Assembly (NCBI GenBank): GCA_002104945.1
Contig: MCFH01000001.1
Coordinates: 868,001 to 932,000, forward strand
Reading direction: 5' to 3'
Length of the DNA stretch: 64,000 nt
DNA from: Piromyces finnis finn
Lineage: Eukaryota; Fungi; Neocallimastigomycota
The position numbers and the translations under genes are program-made. Below the pieces are notes generated by a model. It had not been told where the DNA came from and did no database searches. It saw only the letters and a list, made by a program, of their open reading frames with translations. Shown piece by piece: positions 57,196 through 64,000 of this stretch. Numbering within the stretch: the stretch's first letter is position 1; the number at the start of each line of letters is the position of its first letter.

Positions 57196-60100
57196 TTGTT
57201 ATATTAGACCGTCAATTAATAATCTTATATTTCTCATAATTCCAAATATTTAAATCAATATTATATTACCAATATTATCTAAATATATTTATATATCATT
57301 TTTAATTTATTTATTTATATTTAAAAATAAAATATATATGTTTTTTTTTTTCTCGTTTTTCACATTCATTTTATTTTAATACAGATTTTATTAGAATCTT
57401 AATAAATTAATTTTTTAATAAAATAATTATAATAGTAATAGTTTATGTAATGTGGATTAATAAAAAACAGAATTATTCCACATACCAGCATTATATTATC
57501 AAATGATATATTTGATTAATAAACCAGTATAATATATATAGTATTAAATACACACCTATTAAAGTTATTAAAGGTTTACACATAACAAAAAAAAAAAAAA
57601 AAAAAAAATATATATATATACATAAAACAATAAAGATTACATTATTATAAAATTAACTTTTTCTCAAATATTTTAAAACTTTTTCTTTTTTCTTTTTTTT
57701 TAGAAAGCATAAAACATAATTGTTATTTAAATATAAAATTTTGTTAAAGGTTAATTAATAAATATATATTATATTTTAAAATGATCTAGTGTAAAGACTT
57801 TTTTTTTTATGAAGAAGTCATAGTAACTCATAGTGCAGATATAAAGTTTCTTTTTTTATGATTACTTTAAGGATATATACCATTTTACAAAACTTGCTTT
57901 AACGATATATATAACATGTTATATATTATATACATTTAATTAACATATAGAAAAGATAGTATATATTTTTTTATTTTATTATTTTATTTCAAAAATAAAA
58001 AATACTTATAAATTATATCTTTTTTACATATTGTACATATTTTTTAATAAAATCAAAAGTTTAAACTTTTTTTTTTCATTGTCCCAAATTTAATTAAATT
58101 TTCAAAGATTTTATTTGTTGAAAATGATTTAATATATAATACAATATAATCATAATATATTATAATTTTAATTCAAAAATTTTCAATACAAAAGAAAAAT
58201 TAAATTAGAATTGATGTTAATGTAACTGTATGAAAACCTTGACATATAATTAAAACTGAAATTGAGGTAAAGATGAATAAGCCATAGAATAATATGTTTC
58301 TGTAAAAATATAACATCAATTTTATTTTTCACGAACCTAATTTTATCAAGGCTATAGAGTTTTATCTATAATTTGTAATAATTAAAATATGTGGAGAAAG
58401 TTTTGTTTCTTTAAAGAGCTTTGTGATAATAACCATTTCTTCTTTGACATTAAAAGAATGCTGATACTATCAATGCTATTAACAATGAATTATATCTTTA
58501 CGTATAATAATTTATTTCTAATGACAATATTTATTTCAAAAGAATTTAATTAACCATATTGAGATTCATTAGATTTTCTATTTTTTTATGAATTTTTATT
58601 ATATAATTTTTCATTTCTTTCAAATTTATATTATATATTTGTTTAATGAATAAGTTAATTGATTATATGAAAAGTATAAATTAAAGATTTAAAATTAAAA
58701 CATGTCATAAAAACGATCTTTATAATATATATTTCTATATAAGCACTATTTAAGTATACATAATTAAGCAAAAGAGAAAAATCATCATTTATGTAATAAT
58801 TTTAAATTAGGATATAAAAACTGGTCGCAAAACAATAGTAGATAGTTTTGATTTATAAATGTAATTTAATAGACATTTAATTGTTAAATATTTTTATAAA
58901 TGCTTATTTCTTTTTTAATTTAAATTTTAAGAAACATAATAGTAAATATAATTGAAATATAATAATAAATAGAATAGATGGATGGTGGTCAAGTCGTTCA
59001 ATTATAAAAAAATATATAAAAAAGATATTGTCCTTTTTTTTTTATTATTTAATAATAATATCTTTTCCATTTTAAAACTCATATTGCTGCTCAACTTGAT
59101 GATACGATTTTATTTTTTTCATTATATATAATTAATATATTAAAAAATAAGCAATTATTTTTTTATATATTAGGAATTATAATTAAATTTAGGTTTAAAA
59201 AAAATTTATTTTATTATATTGTATTTTTTTTTTTGCAAGTTACGGACAACATATTTTTTTTTAAACTATATATTAATAATTAATATCGTTTTTTTTTCCA
59301 TGACGATTATTATTAGTATTATTATTAATATATAGGTAAAGAAGATGATAGCGGAAAAAATTCCAGATAATTAATATTATCTTTTTTTTTTTTTTTTCAT
59401 AATAAACCTAAAATTAGTTATTACATATGTTTATAAAAGTTAATTTCGATTATTATATGGAAAAAAACTCATTATTAATTATTAATATAATAGTATAAAA
59501 ATAGAATAACATAATAATATATAATATAATAATATAATAATATATAATGCTCATTTACTTCCTTTATAATTCATGTATTATACATTTATTAATTCTATAT
59601 TTCACAATTAAGAATAAATGAATTTATATCCTTTAAGAGATGTTAATATTATTTTGTTGGTGTGTGTTAAATCATTAATTCTATTAATTCTTTTACTACA
59701 TTTGATCGTAGGAAGAAATCATTTATTTGTAAATTGATTTAATCTTTTTTTACACTACTAATAAATCTTAAATCATTTAGTAAAGATGTAAATTAAATAT
59801 TCTACAGAAATAATAATTATAGATAAAACTAATGAAATATACATTTTTTCTTTTTAGATTATTAAATAACCTATCGTTTGACTATTGTAATAAGGCTATA
59901 ATAGTATTAATTTCATAAGAATATCTTTCAGAATAAAAGTGAATTCAAAGGAAATCAGAAGTATATAAATTATAAATTGATTCGTTTATTACAATTATTA
60001 ATAAAAACAATAATAATAAAAAAAAGGTTTAAATACAGATTATTTTTAGTGAACTATGTTTTATTTTTTTTATGAACATGTGAAGAGAATTAAAAAAATG

Positions 60101-60983
60101 TAGTTTACTTTCTCTTTTGATCTACTTTGGTTTATTATAGCCTGACTTATTCTTTAAATGTAGGATTCTTTACCAGTCGCTAAACACCAAAAAAAAATAA
60201 ACTAAATAATATATTATTTTATAATAAATTAATATGTTGTTCAATATACTATTTTCATAATTTAATATATTGATCCATATATAAAATTAATACATAATTA
60301 TAAATATTTATCCTATTTATTTTGAATATATTTAATATAATATAAAATATTTTTAAATGGCTTCATATATAAAGAGTTGTTGAAATGAATTCATATAAAT
60401 ATATTATAATAAATTATACTTATATATTAATGAATCATAATATATTTTATAATTTTTTATATTTTAATTATTATTTTTTATTATATTGTGTCAATATATT
60501 ATAATATATTAGACTTGATTTATATATTTTATATTTTTTTACTTTTTTTTTTCTGATAATTAAAATCAGTTTTTATATATAAAAATTTAGAAAAAGGATG
60601 GACAATAAAAAAAAAATTTTTTTTTATTATAATATGTACTTAGCAAACTATTATTGAAATCACTTAAATCTCTGAAAATATAAAAAGAAGGAGAATGACC
60701 TAAAAAAAAAATTACTCATTATCTTATTCAAAAGTATTCTTTAAAAAAAAATAAAAATAATATTTCTTAAATAAAAAGATATAATAATAATAAAAGAAAT
60801 ATTATTTTTTATTAGTGTAAAAGAATTAAATCAAATTAAATTACAAAAGGAGAATATAATAAATAAAATTAAAAAAAATTTATAACATTTTAAATTGCTA
60901 AAAGAGCATACATTAGTTTGAAAAAATAAAAGTACAGTTTAAAATATCATCAAAGTATATAATATATATAACAATATTACAAA

Positions 60984-63005
60984 ATGTTGACTGAAGCTGA
61001 ATTTAATAACTCTACTGTTCCAAAGACTGTTGATATTAATAAAATTAAGGAAGCTCAAAAGACTGAAAAGACTGAAATTAAAACTGTAAAGTTACAAGTT
61101 CCACTCGGTCTTGATAGAGATTTCATAAACTTATTAAATTATGATCCAAAAGGTGAAATTGATGATGCTACCTGGAGAAAATTATTATCTCTTGAAGGTT
61201 TAGGCTTAAACTTTTTAGATGTTGCCCGTAATTATCATGATGTCATCAACTATGGTTCTGATCATAGTATTGATCCAAATGCTAACTGTTCTATTGGTAA
61301 ATACAAGTTCCACTCCAAGGAAATTCACGAAATTTTAGCTCCACATCAAAAGCTTATCAATGTTTCTCAATTCTTCTCTCATGTTAAATCTTTATATGGT
61401 GCTGAAGAAACTAAAGATTTATTCCGTGCTTGGATTTATGGTGACAATTATTTACATGATTCATGTTATCTTTTCGTTCCATATTGTTATGCTATGTCTG
61501 TTGAACCAATTGTTAGAAATGGTATTACTTTCAATGCTCAACTTCGTTCCCTTCCACCAAAACATGCTAGAAGTTTCATTGGTCAAGTTGCTGAAACTGT
61601 TACTAGCATGTCTCAAGAATTAGCTGGTGCTATTGCTATTGCTGATATCTTTGTTTACTATGCTTACTTCCTTCAAAAACGTGGAATTGAAACTTTAGAA
61701 GGTAGAGAAAAGGAATCTTTAGAAGTTGAAAACGATTTCCAAAATTTAGTTCACATTTTAAATTCTTCCCACCGTTTCTCTGGTCAAAGTGCCTTCACTA
61801 ATGTTTCTATTTTTGATATGCCAAGTTTGGAACACTTATTTGGTGAACTTTACTTCCCAGATGGATCTCAACCAAACTTAAATTTAGTTATGGAAGTTCA
61901 AAAGATTTTCTGTAATTGGTTTGCCCGTGGTCAATTAAAGGATTCTCTTTTACCATACCCATTCCCAGTTGTTACCTTAAATTTAAAGGTTAATGATAAT
62001 AAGGAAGTTATTGATCAAGAAACCTTCAAATATTTCTGTGAAATTAACTTGAATGGTCTTTTCAACTTCTTTGTTAGTGATTCTAATAAATTAGCATCTT
62101 GCTGCCGTGTTGTTAATAATCTTAATGTTCATATGAGTGTTTTTGGTGAAGGTGGTGTTAATATTGGTAGTTTAAGAATTGTCACTATTAATTTAGCTCG
62201 TATTGGTAATGCTGTTGCCAAGGAAAAGGGTGATTTAGATAGTTTCTATGAAAAATTAAATGTCCAATTAGATAAGGCTCACCGTATGCTTTTAGCTCAT
62301 CGTGAATTTATTAAGATCCAAATTAAACGTGGTGCTTGCCCATACTTTAGTGATGATTTAGGTTTTATGTTTTTAGAAAGATTCTTCCTTACTTTTGGTA
62401 TTAATGGTCTTTATGAAGGTTTAATGGAGATGGGTTACAATATGTTAGAAGATGATGGTTTAGAACTTTCACGTCAAATTTTAAATTACATTACTGAATA
62501 TGCTAACTCAAAGTGTGACTTAAAGGAAAAAATCTTATTCAATGTTGAACAAGTTCCAGGTGAATCTCTTGCCATTAAACATGCTCTTAAGGATAAAATT
62601 GTTTGTGGTATGGATTACTCTATTTATGCCAATCAATTCGTTCCACTTTGGTCTGATATTAACTTGGAAAAGCGTATTAAGATTGATGGTGATCTTACAA
62701 AATATATGAGTGGTGGTTGTATTACTCACATTAATTTAGTTGATCGTATTGGTAGCGTTCAACAGATGGAACAAGTTGTTCGTTATGCCATTAAGAATCA
62801 ATGTGAACATTTTGCTATCAATTACTCATATAACCGTTGTGAAAACGATCATATTACCATTTCTGGTAATACTGATGTATGCCCAATCTGTAGTGGTAAT
62901 GTTGTTGATCATATCACTAGAGTTGTCGGTTATTTCACTTCAGTTAGTGCTTGGTCACCAGGAAGACGTGATGAATTCAAAACTAGAAAGTTTACTAAAT
63001 ATTAA
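60984..63005 (+). CDS. nrdD: Class III anaerobic ribonucleoside-triphosphate reductase, catalytic subunit (copy 2), intronless
   Basis: Same motif set (ASCCR, EQVPGES, CENDH...CPIC, TRVVGY); collinear paralogue of copy 1 with a longer, acidic N-terminus. Confidence 0.95.
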   Translation: MLTEAEFNNSTVPKTVDINKIKEAQKTEKTEIKTVKLQVPLGLDRDFINLLNYDPKGEIDDATWRKLLSLEGLGLNFLDVARNYHDVINYGSDHSIDPNANCSIGKYKFHSKEIHEILAPHQKLINVSQFFSHVKSLYGAEETKDLFRAWIYGDNYLHDSCYLFVPYCYAMSVEPIVRNGITFNAQLRSLPPKHARSFIGQVAETVTSMSQELAGAIAIADIFVYYAYFLQKRGIETLEGREKESLEVENDFQNLVHILNSSHRFSGQSAFTNVSIFDMPSLEHLFGELYFPDGSQPNLNLVMEVQKIFCNWFARGQLKDSLLPYPFPVVTLNLKVNDNKEVIDQETFKYFCEINLNGLFNFFVSDSNKLASCCRVVNNLNVHMSVFGEGGVNIGSLRIVTINLARIGNAVAKEKGDLDSFYEKLNVQLDKAHRMLLAHREFIKIQIKRGACPYFSDDLGFMFLERFFLTFGINGLYEGLMEMGYNMLEDDGLELSRQILNYITEYANSKCDLKEKILFNVEQVPGESLAIKHALKDKIVCGMDYSIYANQFVPLWSDINLEKRIKIDGDLTKYMSGGCITHINLVDRIGSVQQMEQVVRYAIKNQCEHFAINYSYNRCENDHITISGNTDVCPICSGNVVDHITRVVGYFTSVSAWSPGRRDEFKTRKFTKY

Positions 63006-63789
63006 ATTTAATAATTTTTTATTATAATAACAAATATATATCTAATTTATATACCGTCATTTTAGTAGAGTGAACAAATTATATATTTTATAATTATCAT
63101 ACATTTACAATAATTTAATTTTTAAAATAATCTTATTTATTTTTAATATACCATATGTTTGTAAAAAAAAGCATAACTACTTTATTTAATCATCATCGTT
63201 TTCAGAATAATTTTGTAATTTTAAAATATTTTTGTTTTTAGTATTTATCATTAATTAATTAATAAATAAATTCATCGTATTTAAAAAAATATAAATTTTA
63301 AAAGAACCGAAAAAAGTGTTCGTTTTTGGTGTGCTTTTAATAACAGTTTTGGAATTACAAATTTGTGAATTGAATGATTGAGTTTTTCATTTATCAATTT
63401 GTGTATTAGAGACGACTTTCCACCTTAATTTTTTTTACCCCATCAAATAAATTTATATGATTTTTTATTAAATAATTAAAATAAAAAATTATTTGATAAT
63501 AATTTATTTCTATATCTCTGATATAAAATATATATTAATTGAATGCTTTCATTTAAATAAACAAAATAATAAAGATTCTATTATATTTATTATATTTTAT
63601 GTACTTGTAATAATACTAAAAAATATATTTTGACAGTATATGAAAATTAATGAATTAAATCAATCAATAAATAATTATTTTAATAGAAATCTTAAAGTTG
63701 TATAATAGATTGATAAGCTTATCATAAAATATTCAATTTCAATTTATAATATAAACAATGATTTAATTATTTTTTAATTTTAAAGAAGA

Positions 63790-63824
<35 letters not shown>

Positions 63825-64000
63825 AAATTACGAGTATTGACGTATATATACCAGGAAGACATATTATATTATTTTTCAAAAAAGTAAAAAGCAAAAAGTT
63901 AAAAAAAAAAGTATATAAAGTAATTTATTTTTAGGATTAATTTTTATAATTTTATTGATAATTTAAAATTTATTTTTATAAATAAGAATTAATTTAATTA

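Noticed and set aside
58200-58590. Slightly coding-like stretch between the nrdD copies, examined as a possible nrdG remnant
   Set aside because: Stops in the frames examined and no CxxxCxxC or other recognisable motif.
60984-61100. N-terminal extension of nrdD copy 2 as a hydrogenosomal targeting peptide
   Set aside because: Starts with ML but is rich in Glu/Thr/Lys and lacks the Arg-rich, acid-free character of such presequences.
55237-63005. nrdD genes as bacterial contamination or a chimeric contig
   Set aside because: Codon usage and flanks match the fungal genes, with long A/T tracts, no operon structure and no adjacent prokaryotic genes. Long-read confirmation is still advisable.

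Overview
Extremely AT-rich, intron-containing eukaryotic DNA, almost certainly from an anaerobic gut fungus (Neocallimastigomycota), judged by the CotH-kinase/fungal-dockerin genes, short GT-AG introns and long A/T and AAT tracts. The left third holds ordinary nuclear genes: a SANBR/KIAA1841-like gene, a GATA zinc-finger factor preceded by a candidate peptide uORF, a PARP16-like gene, LTO1, a large low-complexity protein and a LENG1-like gene. The middle is a cluster of three CotH-dockerin paralogues interrupted by three things: a 4.66-kb decayed Copia-like LTR element (217/218-bp LTRs, 5-bp TSD) carrying a captured seryl-tRNA synthetase fragment; a complete 6.19-kb LINE (14-bp TSD, poly(A), intact 1511-aa APE-RT ORF) with a structured tandem array at its 5' end; and an ABCA pseudogene. 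The right end has an unannotated 53-aa amphipathic microprotein with a perfect 44-bp upstream VNTR, followed by two intronless class III (anaerobic, glycyl-radical) ribonucleotide reductase genes. These are of prokaryotic type, have a CCR finger loop, lack an ATP cone, have no activase in the window and share a likely gene-conversion tract. Exon boundaries, alignments and RNA folds were read by eye and are approximate. No tRNA, rRNA or CRISPR array was recognised.
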